A DNA stretch of 64,000 nt, taken from the human T2T-CHM13v2.0 reference genome, Homo sapiens. Position 1 is the first letter of the stretch; each line of letters begins with the position of its first letter. A model generated the notes under the pieces. The model did not search any database and was not told the DNA's origin. It saw only the letters and a program-made list of their open reading frames with translations. The stretch is from assembly GCF_009914755.1 (NCBI RefSeq), contig NC_060928.1; one strand, 5' to 3'. The translations under genes and the position numbers were made by a program. Below are positions 28,775 through 46,632 of the stretch, one piece after another.

Positions 28775-29791
28775 ATGGGGAAAAAACAGAGCAGAAAAAC
28801 TGGATACTCTAAAAAGCAGAGCGCCTCTCCTCCTCCAAAGGAACATAATTCATCACCAGCAACGGAACAAAGCTGGACGGAGAATGACTTTGACAAGTTG
28901 AGAGAAGAAGGCTTCAGATGATCAAACTACTCTGAGCTACAGGAGGAAATTCAAACCAAAGACAAAGAAGTTAAAAACTTTCAAAAAAATTTAGACAAAT
29001 GTATAACTAGAATAACCAATACAGAGAAGTGCTTAAAGGAGCTGATGGAGCTGAACACCAAGGCTCGAGAACTACGTGAAGAATGCAGAAGGCTCAGGAG
29101 CCAATGCGATCAACTGGAAGAAAGGGTATCAGTGATGGAAGATGAAATGAACGAAATGAAGCAAGAAGGGAAGTTTAGAGAAAAAAGAATAAAAAGAAAT
29201 GAACAAATCCTCCAAGAAATATGGGACTATGTGAAAGGACCAAACCTATGTCTCATTGGTGTACCTGAAAGTGACGGGGAGAATGGAACCAAGTTGGAAA
29301 ACACTCTGCAGGATATTATCCAGGAGAACTTCCCCAATCTAGCAAGGCACGCCAACATTCAAATTCAGGAAATACAGAGAACGCCACAAAGATACTCCTC
29401 GAGAAGAGCAACTCCAAGACACATAATTGTCAGATTCACCAAAGTTGAAATGAAGGAAAAAATGTTAAGGGCAGCCAGAGAGAAAGGTCGGGTTACCCCC
29501 AAAGGGAAGCCCATCAGACTAACAGCGGATCTCTCGGCAGAAACTCTACAAGCCAGAAGAGAGTGGGGGCCAATATTCAACATTCTTAAAGAAAAGAATT
29601 TTCAACCCAGAATTTCATATCCAGCCAAACTAAGCTTCATAAGTGCAAGAGAAATAAAATCCTTTACAGACAAGCAAATGCTGAGAGACTTTGTCACCAC
29701 CAGGCCTGCCCTAAAAGAGCTCCTGAAGGAAGCACTAAACATGGAAAGGAACAACCGGTACCAGCCACTGCAAAATCACGCCAAATTGTAA
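28775..29791 (+). pseudogene. L1 ORF1p, disrupted
   Basis: MGKKQSRK start; in-frame TGA at 28919-28921 (CpG decay); the remaining 248 aa are open (RATPRHIIVRF, YPAKLS). Confidence 0.93.
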
Positions 29792-29840
29792 AGACCATCG
29801 AGACTAGGAAGAAACTGCATCAACTAACAAGCAAAATAAC

Positions 29841-33680
<3,840 letters not shown>

Positions 33681-34669
33681 CTCATATGTGGGAATTGAAC
33701 AATGAGAACACATGGACACAGGAAGGGGAACATCACACTCTGGGGACTGTTGTGGGGTGGGGGGAGGGGGAGGGATAGCATTAGGAGATATACCTAATGC
33801 TAAATGATGAGTTAATGGGTGCAGCACACCAGCATGGCACATGTATACATATGTAACTAACCTTCACATTGTGCACGTGTACCCTAAAACTTAAAGTATA
33901 ATAATAATAAAATAATAATAAAATAAAAGAAAATAATATTAGCAATCAGAAAAAAATTAAGTATAGGGAAAACTATATGTATATATATATAAATATGTAT
34001 TATATAATATATATAATTCATTTCAGATAAAAAGAAAAATGGGATTTTTATTCACACTTGATTAGATAACCATCCAATTATATAGATATTTAACAATTCA
34101 GAATAATTTATTTGTCCAAATACTTGAAGAAGTGTATAGTGGAATTCTTCCTAAAATTAGTAAGAATAAACTTAATAATACCCTTATTGAATCTGAGGAG
34201 AGCTACTTACTGAAATTATATGTCCTGGCTTCAGAATGGATTTCCAAGGAGAAGAAAACAAAAGAATTGCTTGTGATATATTTTGTCTCATTCAACTTTT
34301 ATTAGGTTTTTTCAATTAATGTATACATATAATACACAGGAATATTATTTAATGGTATGATTTATTGATGGGGTGCGATCACATATACTTAGATATTTTC
34401 CTTAGTCTTCAAGTGGCATCTTTTCTGTCACTAGAGTTAAAAATAAAAACCTGAGAACATGAGAATCTGAGTATTCAACAATGTGAAAAGCTTGGTAGCC
34501 ACTTAGAACAAGGAGCATAAGCTAAATTATTTAATTGTCCAGTAGAGCATATTCTTTGATATAAACTTACTACTGCATATTTTATACAAGTTTTCTAAAA
34601 TAAAATGTCTAATGATGTAATCATCAATAATAGGAAAGCAAAGTGATGCAAGATTCACGAACACACTGA

Positions 34670-34998
<329 letters not shown>

Positions 34999-36828
34999 TC
35001 TTGCTTCTTCAAGCTAATGGACCACTGTGAGTGAAATGTCAGATGATGGAGAAAACGTTTATATATTTGTAGTTTGTTGTCCTTGCTTGCTTTAATCAGT
35101 AGTAGCTCTCAATTTATTGGTGAGGTCAATTACTAAAATTCAGTGGCCTTCCTCACACTATGGCTAAACATTCCATTCACTTCAGTGTGCTGTGCTTCAG
35201 GATGTACTTTGGTATAAATCCTGCTATTACAGGAAAGAGAGTGTGTTGTTAAAAGCAAAGATACAAATGTGTCTACATTATACTGTAAAGATGTTCCTGA
35301 AAATGTGAGTATAAATTCTTTAAAAACTATTTTTTCCCTCATTTGCTTCATACTTGGTCTGGGGCTTTTCTGCCTCTGAGGTAACTTTTAGAAGATAATA
35401 ACAATCTCCCCTTTGCTTCAACACAAAATAATTCCTGTAGGGCTTTTCTTGCCTGCTGCTGTGCAAAACCGTTTCAAGAATTATTTTATGACTTGAAAAT
35501 TTTAAGATATTTCATCTATTTTTATTATTTTATTATATGGTGGTATTGCTATGAATTTTACTTGTATTTTGCAACAGTTTTTGTATTGGGAGATAAAAAG
35601 AGAGATATTTGGCCAACTATAGTAAGAAATAGTAATTCCTTTTTTTTTTTTTTCTCATTTGTAGCCATCTTTTCCTCTCTCTCTGCCACCCAATAGCAAA
35701 GACACTTTCTCCCAAGCGGTCACAGTGGACTGGCATGGGAGTTATGATGAATAAGAGAAATGTTGACAGTAGAGATTATATATTTTTGATTTTATGAAAA
35801 TGTAGAGACCAAATACTGATGTATTCGTTATCATTCTCTCTCACTTTCTCACCCCCACCATTTCTTTCACTTTACATCCAATCTATTTGTTTTTATCTCT
35901 CTATTTATATCCCTGTCATCTATCCATAGCTTCTCTCTATCATTTATCTTTCAATCTAACTATCCACCGTCCATTTAACATATATTACCCCCAAATTTGC
36001 AAAGGTACCTTCTATTAACAAAAAAATTGGCCCAAGTTGGAGAAGAATAAAGCACAGTGATGTCATAATAACACTCTACTGTCTTTGATTGGATACCTCT
36101 TCAAAAATAGTGGGTTTTTTTTTCTTTATCTGGTCTGTGTAAATTCTGCATCTGCCACCCTGCATTTCCATAAAAGATTTAGAATAGAATTGATTCTTAA
36201 TACTGATAATTACACTTAAGAAATGACTATTATTTTTGAAGTGCTTAGAATATATATTATAAATAAGAAAAACAAGTGAATAATTGTTGTATAGTTTGAG
36301 TGGGAAGAAGTGTTTCATTCTGACTTTGTTTTGCTTTTGTAATGTTTTATTGTGTATTGTTTTAATGCCTAGTAAGAACAGTGTGAAGGTCGTGCCTTCA
36401 TTGTTTGCTTTTTTGTTTTTGAGGGAAAGTATAATTTTAAAAAGTTTTATTCCTCATACTTTTTTTGCCAGATGATAAGGATAGGATTTTAGCAGACTAA
36501 GTCACATCAAGCAGTGGCCAAAAGCAAGAATACATTGGTTATAAGAAAACAATTATTTATTCATAAATTAAGTAAAAGGTCATCGCTTTAGACATTTTGA
36601 ACTACCAAGTTTTCTATACAGTGAGAATTAACCATTTACATGTCAGAAGATTTACGTATTGGCAGAGTGTGCTCTAGAAATACTATACTGTTTTCCTGTT
36701 ACAAATATTATGCATATTCATTATGGAAACTTTCAAAATTCAATAAATTTTAAAACGACATTTTTAAAAGTCTGTAACCCCAGATGAATACATAACAACT
36801 GATATTCTGCTATTTTTCTTTCTATTCT

Positions 36829-36943
36829 TTGTGTGTGTGTGTGTGTGCATCTTTGTATGTAGTAATGAATATGTAATGTCTATGTAATGAATATTTTATA
36901 CAAATATATATTTTAAATATATATATATATATATATATATATA
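36829..36943. repeat. (TG)n and (TA)n microsatellites inside an old L1M-like fragment
   Basis: tgtgtg run at ~36830-36847 and tatata run at ~36918-36943. Confidence 0.85.
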
Positions 36944-39004
36944 ATAGTCCTGCATCCTTTTTACTTGATATTATTTTTAAATATTTTTATATTCTGGAAA
37001 ATATTTGACAATACAATTTTATGATGAATATCTGTATAAAATATTTTCTTATTAGATATTTAGGTTATTTCAGCTTTGCGGTTATGATGTCTACAGCAGG
37101 TATTTATTATAAAACATATTTGGCAATATATAGAATTTCTTCTTGAATTCGGGGTACTTTTTTCTTGATTTGGTTTAGTTAAAACTGTGAATGGAGATGG
37201 AGTGTTATAGGAAGTAAATGTCTCCTTTCCCTAAGTTAAGGGTAGCTGGACCATATCACTTGGTGTGGCTTTAGCACAGGGACATGGGGTGTCAACCAAT
37301 GCTTGACATGTGGCATCAGGGGCTTTCTTAGCTCTTCCTAACTTCCATTCATTTTCCTGAGTTTAGGCGTCTTAAGCTTGCTAGGGAAATCTCTTGAGGC
37401 TCCAAAGAGAGAGTTACAGAGTATTAAGAAGTCCAGTGACTTTTAAGGTTACACATAATATTGCAGTGCCAGAGGTTGTCTGCTTCGTGTCACAGAACAT
37501 AATGCCTTTTCTCTCCTTTTACTCTTTATAGTTGATTCTCCCTTTTTCTTCTGTCAATGACTAGTGCTCCTTGTCTTTTGTTCCTTGTCCTGTCACCCTT
37601 TATAGTGTTGGCTTTGTCACTTATTATCTTACACTCCCCCCTAAACTACTGCTATTTCTCCTTTATTCCTCATCTTGATTGGTGGTTCAAATGTCTCCCT
37701 CCTGTGGAGCTGCTCCCAGAATTGAACAAATCACTTCCTTCTCCATGTACCTATCACACTACTATTATAGCAATGTTGCTGAAAACAATGATATGTCAGT
37801 TTGTAATGAAATTTGAATTATTTAAAAAATAAGGACAGAAAAATTAGTTTTCCATGAAGTTAAATAAATTTAATAAGATATTTTACTTAATGATGATACT
37901 GTTTTTCTACTATGATTGATGGTCTAATAGTATATACTTTATGCAGTAATGCTAGAAAGCAAGTTGACAGCCCCATTTTTGTTTAATTTTTTTGAAATTA
38001 AGATTGCACTGGCCCAAGACATTTAAAGTCTAGAAAGTACAGTAATACAGTACTTATCATAGTGAAATATACTTATTTGTCTACATGTGTGAATCTTTCA
38101 GATTTTGAGCCTTTTGACAGCATGCTTGTGTCTTTAATTTTTTCTCCTATTGTCTCATAAAGAGTGGTCCATAAAAAGTGGTGCTTATTAAGTGTATATT
38201 ATGTTTTATTTGCATTATTTTAGATGTTTATGTGAGTGTTCATATTACTTTCAGTGTAAGAGATGAGTAATGTAATTTAGCAAAGTTTTACATAGGCAAG
38301 TTGCTACTTCATAAGGCAATGATCTACCTGAGGATAAAAGCATGAATTGAAATTGGATCATTCTCTGCATTCTGGTCCAAATTAATCGGTCTCATTTTGT
38401 ATTAATGCTCTACCTTTCCTTTTAGTATTATCAACTTATATTAATGTTTGTCTTTCAAATTTTCAAATATTTCTATTTGACAGACTAATTTCTCTGTTCT
38501 TGCTTTTCTATAAATTTAATTTTCAGCACACACACATTATTCTTCACACTTTCTGTAAATTCTCCTGTTCTTCTTTAAATGTATGAAGCTTGATTGTGTA
38601 ACTCAGGGAATTTCATTCAATAAAATATCTTAGCTCAATAAACCATTTAATTACTTAAATAATAGTTCAAATTGCTTAAAACATATTTATCAAAAACAAC
38701 CAATTACATATTTGGATAGATAATGTTACCTGAAGGTGTTATTTGAAATAATCCTAACTCATTCAGTGTGTGGTCTTAGATAGAGTTGCTTATTTTGAGT
38801 GTTAAGAGTGTTTCTATATTTTTATCTGATATCCATGTATCCATGCAAAAATTCAGGGTCCTTGGAATAATTTGGCGTTTTACCATAATAAAATAAAGCT
38901 AATAATGATTATTATGATGATAAAAAGTTGTTCACAATTTTACTGAACATTTATGATATGCCATATATTATGTGCCAAGATTAATTAATCTTGTGTGCTT
39001 AATT

Positions 39005-39375
39005 AATTTATTCATTCAACAAATGTTTATGTATCATTGTAGGAACTGGTAATACAACAGGGGAAAAAAATGCATGAAGTTACTGCCCTTGCAGAACTTG
39101 CATTCTAGTAGGGAGAGGCAGACAACAAAGGAATTACAAGTGAATATACAGAACTATAGACAGTGATAAGAGTTTTGAAACAAATAAGAGGGAATAAGAA
39201 TAGTGATGGGGTAGGGGGTAGGTATGGTTTACTGTTTTACATGGGGTGGTCAGGGAAAGACTCACTACTAATGTCACATACATGTAGAGACTTGTAAGAT
39301 GGAAGGGAGTGGGCCATGTAGAAACCTGTAGAAAGAATTCAGAAAGAGAAAAGCAAATACAAAACCCTCGAGAGG
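39005..39375 (-). mobile_element. L2 3' region
   Basis: ttcattcaacaaatgttta...ctgcccttgcagaacttgcattctagtaggg...ggggtggtcagggaaagactc. Confidence 0.8.
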
Positions 39376-39781
39376 TCAGGATGATTTGCTTTATGTAAAT
39401 TATTCCTCATGCCAGAGAGATAGACGTTACTCTCCTGAGAAGCTGCTCTCACCACAGAATGAGTCACTCACTCCTCTATGCTCCCGAAGCAGATGTGGTA
39501 ATATTTTTCAAAACATTAGTCCACTAATTAGGGTTGGTCTATGATAAAGATTTCATTGAGTAAAAAAAATGAGAAAAGTGGTGGTAATTGAGAGTCCCAG
39601 GTTGACACCTAATTTTGAAGTTAAAAATTTGATATATGAAATCCAAATGAATCTGAATCATTTGGCATCATAAGACATTTAGACAGTTTAAATTGTGTCA
39701 TTTTTTTTGGTGCTCAGTAGACACCTCTCTCTCCAGTAAAATAAAAATTTAAAATGATTACAAATTTGTAATAATACAGGA

Positions 39782-39910
39782 AGATAACTGAGCTCTGTTT
39801 AGGTTCCTTCTCTCTGAACTTCACCATGGAAATTCTGCAGACAGCAAGCCAGGGCAATTGTAGGGCGGACCTCATTTGGTTCTCCTCACTCCAAGATTAT
39901 GATACTGTGA
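39782..39910 (-). repeat. 129-bp inverted copy of 40759-40887
   Basis: Ungapped reverse-complement match with 11 mismatches by manual count (~91%). Confidence 0.92.
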
Positions 39911-40016
39911 AATTTTAATCACTTTTCAGTCCCTAATATGCTTAAAATTATTTATTTAAATTAATTATTTTTCGTTAATTGTTTTGTATTTAGGGACTAA
40001 AAAGTGATTAAAATTT
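39910..40016. repeat. Inverted repeat with 27-bp arms (1 mismatch) and a 53-nt AT-rich spacer
   Basis: aaattttaatcacttttcagtccctaa (39910-39936) vs ttagggactaaaaagtgattaaaattt (39990-40016). Confidence 0.92.
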
Positions 40017-40644
40017 TAAGTTTGTTGAAATTTTATGAATTCTTGAAAAGATTCATCTGCCTTTTTGGAAAAAGATAGAATTGGTCACTGTTAACTGAAT
40101 AAAGCTGAATAAAGTATATAACTTTTTAATGTTCTCAAATCTTTCTCATTTTGAGGAGTTGAATTGAAAGTAGTTTCAATATGGCAGTGTTACATTTAGA
40201 GATCATGAGTTAACCATTTTTTATTTCATTTTATGTTTTGTTCTTCTCAGACTGAGAAACCAAGTTCTAATCTGCATATGTGATTTATTTATTTGCTACA
40301 TTGCTATGAACTGGGTACTACACAGGGCAAGTTATATGCTGAAACAAAGCCTCACAATGGCTGGAGATTGTTTGTTTTTATACAGGATGGGTCGTCATGC
40401 TGTGCAAGAGAATTGTCTTACTTCCCAGTCCTACTAGGGAGAGACTCTTCTACTCAAAACGTCCTATATTTCCTCCTCACATACCGACGATCATGAATTT
40501 CTTAGAAAGCATTGTTTAGAAACACAGAGCAGAGAATTATTCATTCATGGGAAAAAAAACCATCAAAACAAGCATGACTTAATGAGACATCTGATTATAA
40601 AACCTCAGGAAGTACTTACCTTTATCAACTATAAAACCTTAGGA

Positions 40645-42055
40645 AGGACTTCCATTTATCTGGAATCATGGCTTCCAAATTTACTCTGTAGCCCTAAACA
40701 ACTAAAAATCTTGATACAATATATAAAACAACAGGTTTCACACATCGGACTATAGGTGTCACAGTATAGTAATCTTGGAGTGAGGAGAAACAAACGAGAT
40801 GGGCCCTACAATTGTCCTGGCTTGCTGTCTGCAGAGTTTCCAGGCTGAAGTTCAGAGAGAAGGAACCTAAACAGAGCTCAGTTATCTCCTTCATTGAGGA
40901 GACAGAGTATTTGGGGAGTTAGTTAAGGTGGCTGTAATTGATGAGGCAGTGCAAGTGAGATGAGAGAATTGCACAAGAGAGCTCAGAGGTCTGCTGAGGA
41001 CTTCACTCCGGTCTTCAGTTCGGTACTAATCAGCATTTCTGTGAGAAACTACTCAATGCTAAAAAAATGTCATGGGAAAGAAATGGGTGACACAATTATC
41101 AGAGCTCAGACAGGGCTAGGAGTAATTCACAATCCAAAAAGCCAGGATGGGAAAAAAGTTGTAATACATGAAACATCAGGCAAAAGGGTCATTTCTTAGT
41201 CTGTTAGGGATACTATAAGAAATACAATAGACTGAGTGACCTATGAACAACAGAATTTGTTTCTCACATTTCTGGAGGCTGGGAAGCCAAAATCAAAGCA
41301 CTGGCAGATTCAGTGTCCGGTGAATGTGAGTTTTCTAGTTCATCTGATGGTACCTTCTAGCTGTATCCTCACATAGAAGAAAAGGGGAACCCCAGCTTGT
41401 TTGGGCTTACTTTATAAAATCAAAAATCCCATTCATGAGGCCTTATGCTCATGACCTAATTAATCAGCTTCCAAAACATCCCACCTCCTGATACCATTAC
41501 CTTGGGGGTTATAATTTCAACATATGAAAATTTAAGGGCTTCAAACATTAAGACTGTGGCATGGGACCAAATTAGTCCTAGAAGTAAAGGCTGCTATGGG
41601 CCTAATGAATTTTAAAAGCTCATTTTAAAAGCATCATACTATTTCCAACTAGCTTAGTTGCAAACTAAAGTAAATTTGAAAAATATTTAAAGGATTACTC
41701 TCTTAAAGAAAAAAGTCCAGCACCCAGACACACTTCAATAAAAAATTGTTGAACATTCAAAGAAGTAGAAGACCAGGAATAATAATAAGGAGAATAACCA
41801 ATCAATAGAAACATCCAGAAATGACAAATAATAGAATAAGCAAACAAGAGCATTAAAAGAGCCACTGTATTCTCCAAATAACCAAAAAGAAGGAGGAAAT
41901 CATGAGCATGTTGAAAAATTCTGCATGTAACATACAATATGCACCCAAATTTAATTTCTAAAGCTGAAAAATACAATGTTTGAGATAAAAAAATACTTGG
42001 GTGGAATTAATAGCAGATTAGACACTGTAGAATAAAATATTATAGAATTTAAAAA
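40645..42055 (+). mobile_element. Old L1M (L1MC/L1M4-like) 5' region and ORF1 start, split by an MLT1A LTR
   Basis: A-rich decayed ORF1 (ggaattaatagcagattagacactgtagaa) and 5'UTR-like sequence. Confidence 0.65.
41192..41561 (-). mobile_element. MLT1A-type LTR
   Basis: tcttagtctgtt...ttctggaggctgggaagcc...ctcatgacctaat...aatttcaacatatgaa. Confidence 0.85.
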
Positions 42056-44370
42056 TAAAACTTTAGTAGTAAGTAATTTAAGTAAAAATGCAAAGTCCCA
42101 GTTTCATATTAAGTATTAGTAATAAGCATTACCATTATCGAGAAGTAAACATTTCTGATTAGCCTGGGTTGAGCTGGTCCAATGTGATCCAAAAAGGTAC
42201 TCTGGACTGGGCCAACAATATCTTAGTTGTGTTCCTGAAGACTTATCTCTATTTCATTTTTAAGGGTTTGCATCAGAACATGCTCTATATACACTATGAT
42301 GTCTGGATAGTAAGTATTTACATCTCATTATGAAGTGTAGGCTTAGATGTTTTCAACAAATCCTGGAAAGTAACTTCTATGGCAGGAGTCTCAGAAATGA
42401 TAATCCATAGTCATAGGGCAAAATTGACACACAGACATCCTCTCTTTTGCCAGTACAATTAAAGTTAAATTTAAATGTCTTCAAGTAGAGCATATCATCA
42501 TCTTGTCACAGATCCCATGAACCTAGCCTGTGAAATAATTTGAACTTGTAACTCAAGCCTTTTGAAAACATTTTACAAAATTTTCTGAACTCCATGGACT
42601 CCACGTGACTGTAAGAGTCAGAGGCAATGGCAGGTAAGCATTGCCTTTTATGTGGTTTTGTCTTAATAAGGCTAATTTGTATTGGGTACACTACTTGTCA
42701 TTTGTAGAGTACCAGAAATACTAAAAAACACTCATATTGGTGTTGACTGGCAAAGCACATATGTCAAGCAAATCTAAATGTATGTCTTTGTCACTCCTTT
42801 GAGAACATTTCCAGAAATGATACAGCGAAAGTGATAACAGAAAAGGGTAAATAACTGCACATTGTCTTCCAAATGTGCTGAGATACTATAGAAGCTAAAG
42901 ATGGAAAATGAAATTCATACATCTTAAAACAACTGAATGAATTCCTTAATTTCTTAGTCACAGCAAGTTCAATGTTTGACCTGTAAAGCTAATAAAGACT
43001 GGAGACCTCACTTTGTTCTTGACAAGCACTGTTGAGCTCTTTGGTTGCAGTTGAAGCTGAAGAGCATTCCTAATAAGATTTTTTTCTAGCTCATTTTCCT
43101 GCAAATGAAATCTCTGCCTTACATTGTCCTTAGTTATGGAAAATAAGATCACTAAACCTTGGTAACTGTTGCCGAATGGCAGTAAAGATTTCATTGTTCA
43201 AATAATCCTCAAGACTTCGCATATCAAGTATACTCTATATTTTGAGAAATATTTGTATTACTCTCTTTTAAATGAAGTTACCTCATTTTATTACCTGTCA
43301 CTTCACTGGGTTTCAAATTGTCTAATTTATTTAACTAGCAAAGTAAGGGATTTGAGCCCACTATAGGTTATGATTTATACATTATCATTTGGTCATGTAG
43401 AGTTTTGTTTGGTAGTAGTTCATGGTGATTCTGTAAATTTTGTAAATAACTATCCTTATACTTTCTAGCATTTGGAGTTTTATGTCTTTTCTTGGTGAAA
43501 TTAGTGTTCTGCAAATTAGGAAAGGCAGAAACAAGTCAATCAAACTTATAACACTGTCTGCTTGAGAAAGTCACCATGTTCATTTTATAGGTGATTTGTT
43601 TTGCCCCATTGTATTTTGAATTCTCCCGTCAGCCAGGTCATTTGTATCTCAGGCCACAGAGGGTCTCTCAAGACTGCTTCCTGTGAAATTGAGTGGCCCC
43701 TTTTTATTTCTCTGTTACAAATGTTTACTTTTTCCAGAGCACTTTTCTCCTAAAGAAAATTTTACATCCATTTAAATGTCTTGCCACCTCTTCCTTGCCA
43801 GGCATACTGACTTTTAAACCTAAGCCTTTGGAGCATGTAAAATCAATGATGTGTACTGAGTTTTCTATCTATTCCCGATAAATTGCAGTCACTACTTCAC
43901 CTTTGCCTACCTGCTCAGCAATATCCTCCGAAGAACCCAAGCATATCTGGCAGGTGTTCTATATCTTAGCTGAATCTATAGCTGATTTTCTAGCATAGTG
44001 AGGTGAGTCTATACTAGGCTTGGAAGAAACAGAAGAAATTATATAAAGGAAAATATATGTGGCTTTATCATTATATCACATATTTTCATCTGGTGATAGG
44101 CCATTTATGAAAGGAATAACTCCTGGATACACAAGTGGATGTGTGAATGGAAGAAAATAATCAAATAATTAATGAGCACATTCTTTGTGTCTAGTATTGT
44201 AATGAGGTATGTTTACAGTGTCTCACAGATGTCAACAGGAATAAATATCACTAGAACAGCATTCTATATTAAGTGTTTCTTAACCTGACATCTATGAGCT
44301 CCAGAACTTTCATATACATGGTTTAACGTTCAGAGGTAATCAAGAACATGGAACTATTTTTAATAGTGTT

Positions 44371-44884
44371 TGCATTGGTTTTCTATGGCTGTTGTAAAAC
44401 ATTGTCACACACTTTCTGGCTTAAAACAATACACGTTTATTCTCTTACAGTTCTGGAAATCAGAAGTCTGAAATCAGTTTCATTGGGGAAAAATCAGTAT
44501 GACTGCAGGGCTGGTCGCCCTACAAAGGCTCTGAGGAGAGAATCAGTTCCCTTGGCTTCTCCAGCTCCTAGATCTGCATTCTTTGCATTTTGTGCTCGTG
44601 ACCCCTTCCCCCATCTTTAAAGCCAGCAGTATCTCATTTTTATTTAGTAGTCACATTGTTTTCTGCCTCTGCGGTCAAATTTCCCTCCACCTTCTACTTA
44701 TAAGGACACACACAGATTACATTTAGGACCCACCTGGATAATCCAGGATAATCTCCCCATCTCCGGATCTTTAACTTAATCTAATCTTTTTGGCAAACTT
44801 CCTTTTGCCAAAAAGTTAACATTTACAGGTGTTAGGGATTAAGTTCTGGATATTTTGAGGGGACATTTTATTCAGCCTATTATA
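44371..44884 (-). mobile_element. MLT1B/C-type LTR
   Basis: ggcttaaaacaa...tcttacagttctgg...cccacctggataatccaggataatctccccatctc. Confidence 0.85.
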
Positions 44885-45546
44885 ATGTCTGAAACAGCTT
44901 GTTAACTCAGGATCTTATTTAATTTTTTAAAAGGAAGCTATTAATTGTAAATTACTAAGTTGGCACTGTAACAGTGTATTCAAGAGTCTATCTAAGTATA
45001 TTTATATATGTGTCAACTAACAACATCTAATTAAGGTGTTCTGTCTGGTGTTAATTTCCCAAAATCGACTCCCCGAGAAGCTGATGAAATCTTAGCCATA
45101 GTAGACACAGAAAATTCCCTTGTTCTAACCCTTTTAGCATCTCGATTTTGAAATGTTCACAGTTATATTTGTCACCAGTGGCAGTTTCAACTGGAATAGT
45201 AATTTTCTGAATTTCTTCATTTGTTTAAATTCTAATTTTAAGGAGACTATTTGCCAGTGATTTCTATTTTTTCCAACTTCTAAAAAAAGTAAAATGTAAT
45301 TGCTGGATCATGTTTTGTATATAAAAGGAAGCAAATATATCTAGGTTACTCACAAAATATTTGAGTTTAATAAAATTTCATGGAGGGAAAGAGAGAAAAC
45401 ATTCCAAGTGAAAATAACACAATGAGTGGAGGTAATAGAAAGTTCCTGTGTCACCTATCCTGGGATCTGACTTATGGAAAACTGAATTAGGTGTCCCCTC
45501 ATTCTGTCAGGGTATGTACTGTGCTGTAGTCATTTATGTTTCTCCT

Positions 45547-45918
45547 TGCTATGGTCTGAATATTCTTTTCTCTCAAAAATTCATATTTTTGGAACTCAGT
45601 ATACAATATGATAGCATTAACAGGTGGGGTCTTTTGGAAAATGATTAAATCATGAGGGCCCTAGCATCAGGAATAGGATTGAGATTAGTGCTCTTATAAA
45701 AGAGATTGAATGGAGTGTTCTTGCTTCTTCTGACATGTGAGAATGCAGCAATAAGGCACCATCTAGGAAACAGACAGCAAGGCCTCATTAGACACCGTAT
45801 ATACTGGAACCTCCTTCTTGGACTTCCCAGCCTCCAGAATTATGAGAAATAGATTTCTGTTTTTCATATACTACCCAGTCTAAGGAATTTGTTAAAGCAG
45901 GCTGGATGGACTAAGACG
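45547..45918 (+). mobile_element. MLT1A/MSTD-type LTR
   Basis: tgctatggtctgaat...cttggacttcccagcctccagaattatgagaaatagatttctg...ggactaagac. Confidence 0.85.
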
Positions 45919-46272
45919 CCCCCAACCAGACTGAAGGCGTGATTATGCCTTTTCTTTGGAGTTGAAACTCCCAGCACTATGCCTGAAATATAATTGCAGA
46001 ACAAATATTTGGAAGCAATTGGATTGGGTAGAATATTAGGATATTAGACAGGAATTTGATGAGAGTAAAGATGTGTGTATGTGGAGGAATGGGGGAAAGT
46101 TGTATATGCACAGGAATGGCTCACGTTATTGAGATCTTTAAAGTCGAGGGAAAATTTTGTCTGCAAACCTTGTTAAGAATGCATAGTGAAGGGGAATTCA
46201 GAGACAAGGAGGTAAACTGGAAAAGTCATCTCTGTAATTCTGACCTAAGATAATGAGAATCTGAATCATGAT

Positions 46273-46632
46273 TGTCTTAGTCAGTTTGGGCTGCTACCAC
46301 AGAATTTTATGAACTAGGTGTCTTGTAAACCTGTGAGAAATTTATTTCTCCCAGTTCTGGAGGTTAGAAGTCTGAGTTCCAGCCTGGTCAGTTCCTGGAG
46401 AGGGTTCTCCTGTGGGTTGCAGATTGCTGACCTCATCTTGTGTCCTTGCATGGTGAAAAGACAGATAACTATTTCTTGGGCCTCATTTCATAAGGACAGT
46501 ATTCCCTTTCATGAGGTCTCTGCCCTCATGACCTAATTACCTCCCAAAGGTCTCATTTCCAAATACTATCACAGAGGGGCTAGGGTTTCAACATCTAAAT
46601 TTTGGAGGGACTCAAATGCTCAGTCCCTTGCA
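46273..46632 (-). mobile_element. MLT1A-type LTR
   Basis: tgtcttagtcagtttgggctgcta...ctcatgacctaattacctcccaaagg. Confidence 0.85.

Noticed and set aside
33930-33965. 3' transduction after the L1PA3 tail
   Set aside because: The TSD can be placed right after the tail if a 4-bp slippage is allowed, so no extra sequence needs explaining.
42512-42632. Plus-strand exon candidate (tcacag|...CAG|gtaagc)
   Set aside because: The donor is good, but the acceptor tract is weak and I found no partner exons or recognisable peptide; such motifs are expected by chance in 64 kb.
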